This document shows, one piece after another, positions 13,667 to 26,605 of a stretch of 64,000 nucleotides of DNA. Positions within the stretch are counted from its first letter, which is position 1. Each line of letters begins with the position of its first letter. The DNA comes from Octopus vulgaris (Eukaryota). The notes beneath the pieces are model-generated. The model ran no database searches. It was not told the origin of the DNA and saw only the letters and a list, made by a program, of their open reading frames with translations. The translations under genes were made by a program, and so were the position numbers. Location of the stretch: positions 99,324,001 to 99,388,000 of the forward strand of contig OX597823.1 of the NCBI GenBank assembly GCA_951406725.2, in the 5' to 3' direction.

Positions 13667-14010
13667 CTTGTCAGTGAAATTTCGTGGAAGTAGAACTTGA
13701 TTAAATATGTTGATTCATAAGAGAAATAAAACTAAATGGGATTGAGAATTAAATCAACATGGAGATTTACCCGAATAAAAGCAACAGGGAAAGTGGAATT
13801 TGTCGGCAATGAATTCAAAAGAAGGCTTTTTTTAATTCAAACTTCGTCCTGCCCAATGTCCAATTCGTTAATCATTAATCATGGCTGCCCAACGATTAAA
13901 GACGCGTTGCTTTGTATTAGGTAAAGCCAACATTCATCAATCGACACTGCGCCGCACTTTCGTACTCAAGTTTTGGTCCAGATGGCGAATATGTAAATAG
14001 ACCCTTCCCC
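13667..14010 (-). promoter_or_regulatory. Candidate NEK7 promoter and non-coding first exon
   Basis: Exon at 11262 needs an upstream exon; CAAG|GTATAT donor at 13667/13666, CpG-retaining unique sequence, YY1-like AGATGGCG near 13980. Confidence 0.3.
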
Positions 14011-14360
14011 GCTTAAATTTTTTTTTTTTTTACGGAAACACACGTTTTAGGCTATGGAGATTCCGATTCTGAAAAAAACCAAAATTTTCAAAAATCGCAA
14101 CTTCAAAATTTCAATTCCCCCGCTCCCCATTTCTTCAGTTTTCACTTTCCCCGGAAAATTTTTTTTTTTGCGAAATACGTACAACAATACGGAGATTATG
14201 ATTCTGAAAAAAAAAAAAAAAATTTTTCAATTTTTTACCCCCCCCGCCTCAAGCAGGCTATTTATATGCTAGAAATAACAGCCAAATCTTACAAAACTGC
14301 GATAACATAATGAAAGAAATGTGTAATCAATGTGTAACGGGTATAAACAATCAGTCCATG

Positions 14361-15232
14361 GGATCTTTTCCTTATGAACGGCACTTTTCAACACAATTTC
14401 TAGTGAACTAAACACTTTTAAACTTCGTATACTGGGAGAATACTGGTATACTGGTAAAACATAGTTTTTTCTTGGCTTTATTGAGAAAATTATATATATT
14501 GTAACATATTTCGTCTTTAATTTCGAGCATTTCGGCAATTTTAACCAATCGCTGACGTCCATTTAGGTAAATAACATTCTGTGCATAATGAATATATCCC
14601 CCTTTAAGAAACGGATTGGGTTTATTTACATTTGTGAAGAAAAAAGATACCCTTCCCCCAACCCTAAATCTAAAATAGATTGAAATGCAATAGATCGATA
14701 CTAGGGTTATAATTATGAGTGACAATTTCATACGACACCGCGACGGAAAATGGGATTTTTTCTAGCGGTGTCAAATGAAAATGTCACCCATAATTATGGC
14801 CCTAGTATCGATCTATTGCATTTCAATCTATTTTAGATTTAGGGTTAGAGGTTGGGGAAAGGTATCTTTTTTTCTTCACAAATGTAAATAAACCCAATCT
14901 GTTTCTTAAAGGAGGGACATATTCATTATGCACAGAATGTTATTTACCTAAATGGGCGTCAGCGATTGGTTAAAATTGCCGAAATGCTCGAAATTAAAGA
15001 CGAAATATCTTACAACCTATAGAATTTTCTCAATAAAGCCAAGAGAAAATGATGTTTTATAAACACATTCTACCAGTATACGAAGTTTAAAAGTGTTTAG
15101 TTAACTAGAAATTGTGTTGGAAAGTGCCGTTCAAAAGGAAAAGATCCTCGATCTATTGCATTTCAATCTATTTTAGATTTAGGGTTAGGGGTTGGGGAAT
15201 GTTACAAAGTGCCGTTCAAAAGGAAAAGATCC
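14361..15232. mobile_element. Merlin-like palindromic MITE with 8-bp TSD
   Basis: GGATCTTTTCC..GGAAAAGATCC termini, TSD AGTCCATG at 14353-14360 and 15233-15240; about 380-bp inverted arms; GG ends plus 8-bp TSD fit Merlin. Confidence 0.8.
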
Positions 15233-15447
15233 AGTCCATGTTTTAGGTATAAACAACAAAATTACAACTTATTATCTTCAGATCTGGCTGAGGTTTGTAC
15301 CATCTCAATCAGGCATTTCTTACCCTTGTCTCTCTTCTCTAAAAAATTATGCTCAATCCTTCCCTGAATGGAGCTTCTCTACTCATGTCTTTATTGCACA
15401 TGTTCACTTGCAATGACTCAAGAGGAGCATTAGAACACATTGAAGGA

Positions 15448-17300
15448 TCTTTTCGTACTCGTTTAGTGTCTCGCCAATCAGGTCAATGTGCCTGTGGTTT
15501 GACACCATCACGGTGATGTCGTCGGCATAGGCAGACACGCTGTTTCCACCTCCTAGATCGCGCGGGATGCCCCTCAAAGCCTCCAACTTGCGCAGTAATG
15601 GCTCGAGAGTCAATACGTACAAGAGGGAGGAGAGAGGGCATCCTTGGCGAACCGAACGCGAGATGTCAAGCGGCTCCGAAAGGTGACCGTTCACCCGTAT
15701 CACCGAGCAGATGTTGCTGTACAAAGCAGCGATCCACCCGCGGAAGACTGGACCGAAACCGGCTACCTTGAGAACAGCTGCCAGGTATCGGTGGTCGACT
15801 CTATCGAAGGCTTTACTCTGATCTAAATTGATCAAAGCCCCAACCGCGCCAGTGTCGTTACCCACCCTATCTATGATGTAGCGCATGAGATGGAGATTAT
15901 CGTGTATCGACCTGGTCGGCACGGCGCATGTCTGCGCCTTTTCAATCAGCTTGTCCACGACAAGCACCAATCTCTTGGCTAGCACATTGGCTCACCGTTC
16001 ACCCCAAACAGTTGATCAAAGTGCCGCTGAAACACTGCACACATCGGAAACCTCGCTCCCGTTCTGGTCCACCAAAGATCGAATGGTCGCTTTGTTGCCA
16101 CATTTCGCCTCCACCACGCAGCCTTAGTTCCCTCCCCGCTTAGCGAACGCGCCTTAGCTCTGACAACGCAGCCTTCTTGTTTGGCGTCAAAGTGTTGGTC
16201 GAGGGCCAACCTAGCCGCCAACATGTCTGTTGCGATGCCTGTCTCAAGAGCCTCGTCTAGTTTTCTAACTAAATCCCGCTCTTTTTTCCTACGTTCTATA
16301 GCTAGAGCCTTACTAAACCTAATCGACTCTGCTCTAATTGCTCTCTTGAGAGCAAACCACCAGTTGTTGTTGATGATTGCCCCCGTGAGCGCCCGTTTAA
16401 CTAATAAACTAATCCGGTCTCTGAAGGCTTTGCACGCCGTTAATGACACGTTCAGCTTCCAGTAGCCGGGAACTTGTCTATGTAAGATCACGAATTTGTG
16501 GTCCGTGTAGTCGACTAAGTGGAATTGTGGACACCCTATGCTGTCCTACAGAAGACTATCTAAGTACGATCTAGACTACCCGATGCGCTTAGTCCAAGTC
16601 TACATTCGGGTTGTCTAGTCGAAACCTGTCGGACGGCTGAAAGCGCCTGAGCAGGTTGGTGAGGCTCTTGCACCCCCTCTCCTATTAGATGCTCTCGTGC
16701 TCACCCGATCGAAACGTTCGTCTAAGAAAGCGTTCCAATCCCCAACTAGCACTAGAGTGCGTGACGTTCCCAAGAAAGCTTCCAGACGCTTGAAATAATC
16801 GGACTGCCCTGCTCCTGTCGGAGCGTAGGCAGCCAGAAGTCTGAAAGCACCACCGTCTACGTCGAGGACAACCAACTTACCTTCCGGATCCAGGAAGACT
16901 GTCCTCATTTTCAAATCCAGGCCCTTCCGAAACAAAACCGCAGTACCACCAACGCCCGCTCCCGGAGATAGAAAAATCTCGTATCCACCGAAAAGGGCAG
17001 CGAGTCGGAGAGCCTGGTTTCACTAATGGCTGCTACATCCACTCTATGAGACCTCAGGTCGTTTAACAGGTGACCCGAGGCCTCTCACATTTATGCTACC
17101 GATTCTGAGTTTTGCCATGTTTTAAAAAGGTTAAGGAGAAAAAGGCTCTACTTACTGTTATTGTTTGGTGGGGTGGCTCCCTTGTGCTTTTGCACGGGTG
17201 TTTCCACCAGGCTTTTCTAGAGCTTTTTTGAGAAATTTCTCCCTAGCGACCCAACATCGTTTGGGAATTTCTCCATGATTTTATTATGTCTTAAATCTGT
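15448..17300 (-). mobile_element. Truncated, internally deleted Tx1-type LINE (second subfamily)
   Basis: MAKLRIGSINVRGL start at 17118, LVGDWN, GYWKLNVS, LDQSKAFDRVDH, VRQGCPLS, AYADD. Confidence 0.88.
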
Positions 17301-17445
17301 TAAAATGATACACAAAAGAGGAAAAACCCTCTCTCTATATCTTTATATACAAATGAAAGAATTCCGTTTTTTATATATACAATTATACATGCTTATACGC
17401 ATATGGATGTATATATATATGTGCAGACAAGTTTGTATGTTTATA

Positions 17446-19731
17446 TCTCTATAAAAGGCAGTTTGTCTGTCTGTCTGTGTGTCTGTCAGGTTGTACCTTC
17501 ACCCTGGCCACGGCTTTCAACCGATTCTGATGAAACTTGACACACACATAGCCCAATGTCATAAGTCAAAACTAACGCAGTGAAAATTTTGAAAAGTTCC
17601 CCCAGTTCTGAAAAAATCGATAAATTCGACATGGGGTCGAGAATCTAAGCTTATCATATGCAACACATTTTCCGTTGTAGTTTTCGCAACTTGCAATCGA
17701 TTTTCACCAAACTCATGGTGAAACTTAATGTTACCCTAAGGAACTTAATTCTGACGTTAGTTTTCCATGATTTTATCGATGTTTTCTGATGGTAACCATC
17801 AGAAAAAATCCATAAAATCATGCCATTTTGGGAAATCGCGTTCAAATTCAAGATGACATATTTTCGACAATATCTTTAACAAATTGGCAGGAATTTTTTT
17901 TGAAATTCACAGCGAGCATTATGTCTGCCCCAAGGAGCTATATGGCCCTTTTGATTCCAATAGGATACGTTATTACTGGAAAAAATCGGTTAATTACATC
18001 ATACGTGGCACACATAGCAAACCGATTTTTCTGCGATATTTTTTGAAAGTTCACATACATTTTCCCTACACCGATGTTGGACATCAAGTTTGCATTAAAT
18101 GTCAAACTAACGACCTTTTGTCAATGCAGTTAACAAGTATTGGGAGAAATCGACAAAACCATATCACTTTGAGACCGACCATGTGAACCCTATAAAACTG
18201 ACTTTTGTTAAATAGTTGGCGGATTTCAGGCGATTTAGTCGATTTTTGCCGCTTTTATCATAAAGGTTACTAGAAATGGCATGTTTTCCTTTTGCTTCAA
18301 ACCCGAGCAATGTTGGGCTGTAGATGCGTTTCCGGTTGTGTGCGCACTTTCCTTGACACGATGATTGCAGCTCTTCCCATTGGCTCCCCAAACGGTGAAC
18401 AATGCTCTCAATTAAACACCCTTTGGCCAATCCCATGCACTGACACACTCAGTTGTGCGCGTATAGTTTGTGACTCCCACTTCTTCTGTCGGTTCACACG
18501 TTGGCCTACTTCTGCTAATTGTTGCTGCAGCCGCAAGTTATTCGAATACTTTTTTTGTTTAAACTTTCTTTATAACTACCACCCCAAACGTTTTACCTTA
18601 AATTTTTGACGTACCCTAAGGGTCCTCGGACGCTACTTGCAAACTCTTGGTTTATCATAAGCCGCCTTTGTCGTGTGCACCAAAAAACTTTTTCCATTCG
18701 TTTGTTCAGTTTGGTCACTTTTCGCTCTTTCGTTGTTGTCACTCACATTGCTGCCCGCTTTTGTACATTTTGGGATACTTAACCCACATGTTCCTTTTTA
18801 TTACACCTTTGCCAAACACATTGCTATCCACCAAAATGCCACCCAAGAAGAGAAGGACCCTCCTCAGCCCTCGGACGGCCAAGGCATCGGCTGCTAGGGC
18901 TAGAAGGGCACGCGAGACCCACGAGGAAACCGCCTTGCACCTCTCGCAAAAAGCTTACCGTTCTACTCGACTTGCAAGGGCCGCAGTGTACAGATCTTCC
19001 CTCCGCTCGAGGTTGACGAAAGAGCAACAGTCCAGCCAAAACATGCGGGCTTCTTCCTGTGCTTCCATACGCAGAGCTTGCGAGAACCCCGAACAAAGGG
19101 CCATTCAGAATGCGGCTAACGCCGCTAGCACCGCCGGGACACGATGTCGAAACCCCACAGCAGAGGAGAACTCGCCAAGCTGCTGACGCTGCAAACACAG
19201 CCACGGCTCGATCTGCCGAAACACAGCCATGGCCCGATCTGCCGAAACACCACAACAGAGGAGAGCTCGCCAAGCTGCTAACGCCGCATACACAGCTATG
19301 GCTCGAACTGCCGAAACTCCAGACCAGGACTAAATCGGGATTAGTCGTTGCCTACTAGAGGCTCCCGAGCCCCTTTTCGCTAGACTTAAGTTAGGATTAG
19401 GTAGGGCTTAGCTGTGGTCCGAACCCAACTTGGGTTCGGTGTCAAAAAGGCCGGCGTGTGCAACCTTATTACCTTTGCCTGTCAAACTCCCAACTCATGC
19501 GTTCCTGTCGCGACACTGATCCCGCAGAACTGGGTTGGGTGTGCTAAACAAAACCAGAAAATGCACTTTGACTGTCATAGATTTTCTTCATGCATGCAAG
19601 GGAACAGTGCCTTGAATGCCTGTTAGGCTTCATTTTACAAAATAACGGTTCAATGAGTACAAAAAAGGGTAAAAAGGTAAAGGGTATTGCTTATCGACAA
19701 AGTTTCTTACATACCCGGGCTATGCTGCTAG
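17446..19731 (+). mobile_element. Non-autonomous Helitron-like element
   Basis: A|TC 5' start followed by (GTCT)n, 3' CCCGGGC..CTAG|T end; carries an ETPEQR-type repeat ORF; internal piece repeated at about 35510-35610. Confidence 0.65.
18836..19358 (+). pseudogene. Frameshifted basic repeat ORF (STPR-like ET.EQR repeats) typical of Helitron RepHel N-termini
   Basis: MPPKKRR..RARETHEE..RACENPEQRAIQNAANAA..ETPQQRRTRQAADAANTATARSAET; no Rep or helicase motifs follow. Confidence 0.55.
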
Positions 19732-20079
19732 TATATATATATATATATATATATTGATGTGATCGTATATATGTATGCAAGTATATGTATGTGTATGCGT
19801 GATTCTATGTGGGTGTAAATATGTGTATATGCATATCAAACATAGAATGGTCAACCACCTGTTCTTTCAGAAACCCTAGGGAGTGCCAAGTAAAAAATGG
19901 CAAGTTTAGAAAATTCTTGCGGTGAATCTTCTGCACACAAATTCATACAATTATGAAAATGGAGCAAAAATTTAATGGAAAGAGGGCTCCAGTCAACACT
20001 AATATACTATTACAAAGTTTGTTTTTGAAAACAAATCGCAACCGGGGTCGAGAGAACAAATGCCTCCGTAATAAGTAAT

Positions 20080-20399
20080 TTACTTGGCTGCCTTCTGAGT
20101 CTTCTTGAGGAGAAGGACAGCTTGGATGTTGGGAAGAACACCACCCTGGGCGATGGTCACTCCTGACAAAAGCTTGTTCAATTCTTCGTCGTTACGGATG
20201 GCCAACAGCAAGTGACGGAGAATAATTCGGGTTTTCTTGTTGTCTCTGGCAGCATTTCCAACACTTCAGCAGCCAGGTAGACAGGGACCCCGGCACCAAT
20301 ACGCTCACCATAGTTTCCTTTACGGAGAAGACGGCAGACAGGGAACTGAAGCCCGGCGCGGGATGAGCTCTTTCCTTTGGCTTTACCACGTCCAGACAT
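20080..20399 (-). pseudogene. H2A: Histone H2A pseudogene
   Basis: Four in-frame deletions plus a 10-nt frameshifting deletion; 3' stem-loop deleted. Confidence 0.92.
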
Positions 20400-21269
20400 A
20401 ATTCAAATTGGTTGCAGATTATGTAGCGAACAAACAGCAAATTAAGCCAGTATATTTTAATTTACCTTTAAATAAGCTTTAGTCGGCTCCATGACGTAGT
20501 AGTTGCTCATTAGGCATCATGTCACCAGACTTTTAAATTTTAACCAATGAAGTTACGAGGCGCCAAATTGAAATAATCGTTATCTGTTGCATCAACTTGT
20601 AGCTTCGGAAGTGGTAAACAAAAGCAAGTGAAAGGAGTTGCTCATAAATTTTACCCCTCAAATTATGAAGAGTTTAAAATGCAGCCAACTGTTGTCCCCT
20701 CTATGTAAACCTTTTTATAGGTAAATAAATATATTTAGTTACATCGTTTTAAATCGACTTGGGCTACTGTGGATCCTATATCCAAAAATTTAATAGCTTG
20801 TTAGAAATATCGGTACTACTTAAGAGCGGTCGCGCATCTGCGCTGGCTAGTCATGACTTGTCGATCCTACAACGACTACCTAGCAAAGTAAATAAAACAC
20901 AAAATAAATGTATCTTTTCCTTTAGATAGACAGAATTCAACCCAATTTCTAGTTAACTAAACAATTTGAAACTTCGTATACTGGTAGAATGTGTCAAAAG
21001 AAAACATTATTTTCACTTGGCTTTTTTGATAAATTTGTAAGTTTAACGTAGTTTAATTCTTCGAATTTTAACCAACGAATCGCCAGTATTTGAACTCAAA
21101 TCATTTGCTGCGTCTAAAAACTCAGACATCCTTAATTCCCTCGCTCCCCATTGCGCGAACTCTAGCTCTGACGATACAACCCATGGTTTAATTCCAGTCT
21201 CTTCACCCTCACCTGGGTCCCGTCGCCAGATCTTATGGCTTCTATTTGCTAGTCCTATACTATATCTAA

Positions 21270-21670
21270 TGGACTCGTATTTTATGTCGAACTGGAAACA
21301 GAGGCGTTTCCTAAATGACATCACGTCACACGATTTAGCTGTGAAGGGTCAATCACGCCTGAGGCCATAGCCGACTGTGGCAGAGGTAAGGCGTCGGGAC
21401 TCGATGGTTTGCCCTACGAACTATATAAAAGTATGCCAGACTTGTTCGGACCAATACTGGCCAGCGTTTTCGCGAACTGGAACCAGAATGGGGGGGATTC
21501 CCAGGTCTGTACACCAGGGAGCGGTGACGCTGATCAGGAAGGACCCGGACAAGGGGAATAGAATAATTTTAGGCCCATCACCCTGCTGAAAGCGGAGGTG
21601 AAGATTTTGGCCAAGGTGTTAGCGAAAAGGTTGACGAGTGTCGCGGAGGCACAAACTTGTGCAGTCCCCA
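21270..21670 (+). mobile_element. Tx1 ORF2 fragment
   Basis: SGLDGLPYELYK, GAVTLIRKDPDKG, FRPITLLKAEVKILAKVLAKRL, AQTCAVP. Confidence 0.85.
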
Positions 21671-21871
21671 GAACTAATATCTACTAAATAGCCCTATCCT
21701 CAAATAAAAGGCAACGAGCTGGCCGAAATGATTAGGAATATTTTGCCCATCTTAACGCTTTGAATTCAACCGAGGTCGGCTTTAGTATTCATCCTTTCAG
21801 GGTCGATGTGATCGACGAGTCTCTTCCTACAAAATCCCAGGCCTTGTGAAGAAAAAAAAAATCGATATTTC

Positions 21872-22461
21872 GGTACTACTTAAGAAAAGTGGTCCCGGTG
21901 CGCGCGCAAGCTAGTCGATCTATTTTTTTTTCTTTGGGTAAAAAAATATTTATTTGGATCTTTTCCTTTAGATAGAATTCTAGTCGTAAGTAGTCGATCC
22001 TACAACGACTCGCGCGTATGCAAATGAGTTGATTTTACAGAATAAAATAAAAGAACTTTTTTAAGAAAGTAAATAAATTATTTCTTAGAACAATGTATGA
22101 TTATTTTTACACAAATCAAATAAAATGTGATATATTCTTTTAGTTTTTAATCATGTGTGTATATACACACCGATACAAATAGATATGTGTGATATATTCT
22201 TTTACTAGCTTTTAGACAGCATCCATAGTAGGTACATCATTCAGGTATATATATATATAATGTGTGCATATGAGTATTATGTGTGTGTATGTATATATTC
22301 CCTCACCACCCCTGTCCTGATCATTAATTAGACCCATTGGTCGTCTTCCAACCTACAACACAACTCATTTGCATACGCGCAAGTCGTTGTAGGATCGACT
22401 ACTTACGACTAGAATTCTAGCGCGACTGCGCGCACCGAGTCCAGTCTTCGCTAGTAGTACC
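21872..22461. mobile_element. GGTACTAC-family fold-back MITE, composite
   Basis: GGTACTACTTAAG start and CTAGTAGTACC end; inner inverted pair about 21975-22035 / 22362-22420; other ends at 20812, 32340, 32700. Confidence 0.65.
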
Positions 22462-22860
22462 CAATCTGTTTAGATGTAGCTTTCGCGTTTAGGTAAGTCT
22501 AAGACCCACCAGTGACCAAAATGCGCGGAAAAGTTGAACGTTTTCTATAAATTGAATTCGTGCGAAAACGGTCGTATTTGTTGAAGTAAACTTAGGGGGC
22601 GAGATGTTGTTTTGCAGAAACTGTTCTTTTTCTTTATATGCATGAAATAAGTGGAGACCCGATTCAGTAGACTCGATTTAATTGAAATGGAAGCAATTCT
22701 AATTTGTATACGTGTATAAAAAATCTTAAGACTACATACGTGTAAGAAAGAGGGTTGACCATCACCGATCGGATTCCATTCGTCCATTCAAAGCAGAAAC
22801 CTGAAAAAAAAAATTAATCGAAAAGCATATCACCCGAGGGGACTTTCGATATAATATAGG

Positions 22861-22876
22861 GGCCCTAAAAAGGGCC
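22861..22876 (-). terminator. Histone mRNA 3' stem-loop (H3)
   Basis: GGCCCTTTTTAGGGCC downstream of the stop codon. Confidence 0.92.
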
Positions 22877-22898
22877 ATTTTACAATGCTAAAAGCAAC

Positions 22899-23903
<1,005 letters not shown>

Positions 23904-23929
23904 GCTCAAGATTCTGAACATCACACACC

Positions 23930-23945
23930 GGCCCTTTTCAGGGCC
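23930..23945 (+). terminator. Histone mRNA 3' stem-loop (H4)
   Basis: GGCCCTTTTCAGGGCC. Confidence 0.93.
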
Positions 23946-25893
23946 ATTTATATCTTACTTTGAGTCACCTCTTCTACTATTGATATGCTTATATTTAATG
24001 TTATAAATGTGATCTCATGCAATGTTGAGCCTAAAAATATGGAAGTGTCGCATGATCGTATCATATTTACGGTTGCAATCTTTTCACTATAGTCTATATG
24101 CAAAAGCCGTTAGATTCACTTAAACGTTAATATGTCAATGTTTTCGTCGCTTTGGGACCGCGTCCTGTTCACTGCGAACGGTTTTTGTTTCTTAAATGGC
24201 TTATAAAATGCCTTCCACGCTGCAATTGTTTTCGTTCCAGCAAACTATCGGGCCAGGTCACTTGCTATGCAAGTACATCTCCCTATATTTTGCTGGAATG
24301 GCTTATGCGACGTGGAGGCGAGCTGTAATAAGGTTATGGACTGCAGAATATAAATAGGTAACATTTTATTGTTGGTTGCTGTCAGAAAAGCAAGTTGGCG
24401 GAAGGGATTCTTCCTTTCAAAACGCAATCCCCACCGTTGTTGGAAAATAAGTTCTGGACCGAAACTAAGCGGGTCCAAGATGGACGGCGAAAGCCGAATG
24501 TTGTCTGGACTTTCTGCGCAGACGTAAGAATAGTTTGGCGCCAGTTGGTGATTTTCCTTCATTCGATTCAATCTGAATTAAACAAATTTGCCGATTCTCA
24601 GCATGTCTGTTCCAATATGTGAATAGTTTCACCGAAGTTTTCAAAAGAAAACCGCCCTAGTCTAGTCAGGCGACTAAAATCAGTAAATATAAGTTATGAA
24701 GGCTTTTAGCACCGCTGTTATTTCTAGCATGAGGAGAGACCATTTAGGCTCACTTCATGCGTAAATGGCCGAACGAATTTTATCCAAATTATAGGCAAAT
24801 TTTTTTTACAAAATCAAAATCCTTTTTTATTCGTTTTAGTTAACCTCCAGTATTTGATCCGAACAAAAAGAGGAAAAAGTAAGAAAGTGTAATATGTGTA
24901 GTAAATGAATATGGAAAAAAATAGATTGCGCGCTGGCGAACGATGTTGGGCGGAGAGAGGACTCGGGGGGGGGGGGGGGGACCTCGGCGAAGCTTAATTT
25001 TAAAATTGTAAAACACTCGAAGGTTTTCTTAAAAGTGAAGTTGAAATATTCTCTGGTTTGCAATGCAAAATAACTATAACGAGTAAAAGTCAAATTCAAA
25101 TGCGACAGTTGAAAATGTTTTTGAAAGTCAAAACATTTTACCCATTCGGTATTTTGTCGGTTGACATTTTAAACTTTATATAAACTTAATTTGACCCCCA
25201 AAATCAGATTGTATTGGCCCCTCGTGGGTAATAAAAGATCAATTTTAAACTTTATATAAACTTATTTGGCAAGATTTTTTATTTTCACAATCTGCATTGG
25301 ATTCAGTAGAGTTAAAAATGGGAAAGTTGAGTGGGGTACCACACTTGGTGACAAAAAGTTCAATGATTTAAGAGAAACTAGAAATACAAATTTTGAAATG
25401 CTGATTTAAAAAAAAAGTTTTAAGTAGGGCATTAAAGCTTCTTTAATGGTTTTGCATAACCATGAATTTCTGCATGTAGAAAGTTTTTTAAAAATTCCAA
25501 AAGGTGTATATGGGGTAACCAGAATTCCACCCCAACCCTTTTTTAAAGCATAATCTGCATCTTCGTAGCCGAAATATCGGATTTAGTTGAAAAAATTTTT
25601 TAAATCGAAAAGGAGTGGGGTGCGAATACTCCTCTATGATTACACTTTGGGTTTTTAATTTTTTTTCTTTCTAAGTTTGTAAGTGTAACTTGACAGGGAT
25701 TTAGCTGTTATTTCTAGAAGGCTGGGCTACACATGAAGGCTTTTGTTAGCGAGATAGTTTCATGTGAAAACTCAGTTCTATATCAGTAGGATTTCCAACT
25801 TGGGTAGCTTGCATTGGGTGTGAATGAGTTTGAAACTTAGATGTTGGGGGCAGAAGTAAAGGACATGGACTGCACCTCCCACTTTTTTTTTTC

Positions 25894-26230
25894 CTACAGA
25901 AACCCACCTTTTCGACTGCGAAGATTTCGAATCTGCAAAAGAAACTGCATTTTCGGTTTGGCTGTTTCTAGCTTGGACTGAGTTTTCTGTTTATATACTT
26001 TTTATGTTTCTATTTTAGTAGGAGGGGAGGGGTTTCTTTTTCTTTTTTGAAAGATTGAAATTTTACAATTTTTTCATAATCATAACCTCTGTATTTTTCT
26101 ACGTATTTCGCCCTAAAAATTTCTTTTTTAAAGTGAACTGGGGGGAGGAATTAAAATTTTGAAATGCCGATTTTTTTTTTTGTATGGCAGATATGGAATC
26201 CCCGCAGTCGAAAAGGTGGGTTTCTGTAGA
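25894..26230. mobile_element. MITE with inverted arms
   Basis: CTACAGAAACCCACCTTTTCGACTGCG.. / ..CGCAGTCGAAAAGGTGGGTTTCTGTAG; related pieces near 14050-14240, 34838-35020 and 35880-36060. Confidence 0.65.
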
Positions 26231-26314
26231 AACCCTCCCCCCAAAATAACCGAAAGCGATTAATGTGAGAACAATTCATGTGTTTGTTGAGATACTATGG
26301 AGTCACATTCTCAT

Positions 26315-26605
26315 ATTTTATTTGTTTCAATCATTTGATAGGCCATGCTAGAGCATCGCTTTTAGTCGAACAAATCAACCCCAAAACTTATTCTTTGTAA
26401 GCCTAGTACTTATTCTATCGGTCTCTTTTGCCGAACCGCTAAGTTACGGGGATGTAAACACATCAACATTGGGTGTCAAGGATGGTGAGGACACAAACAT
26501 ATATACATAGAGGCTATAGTTGAAGACACTTGCCCAAGCTGCCATGCAGTGGGACTGAACCTGGGAACCATGTGGTCGGTAAGCAAGTTACTTACCACAC
26601 CACTA
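26315..26605 (-). mobile_element. tRNA-head SINE, same family as 62915-63325, internally deleted
   Basis: Shared blocks GCCGAACCGCTAAGTTACGGGG and GAAGACACTTGCCCAAG..GGGACTGAACC; other pieces at 29290-29500, 31740-31860, 32615-32697, 43915-44105, 61640-61790. Confidence 0.8.

Noticed and set aside
14268-14285. GCTAGAAATAACAGC resembles the Cas9 sgRNA scaffold GCTAGAAATAGC; repeated copies might suggest CRISPR
   Set aside because: Copies are dispersed kilobases apart in both orientations, there are no regular spacers or cas genes, and the DNA is eukaryotic
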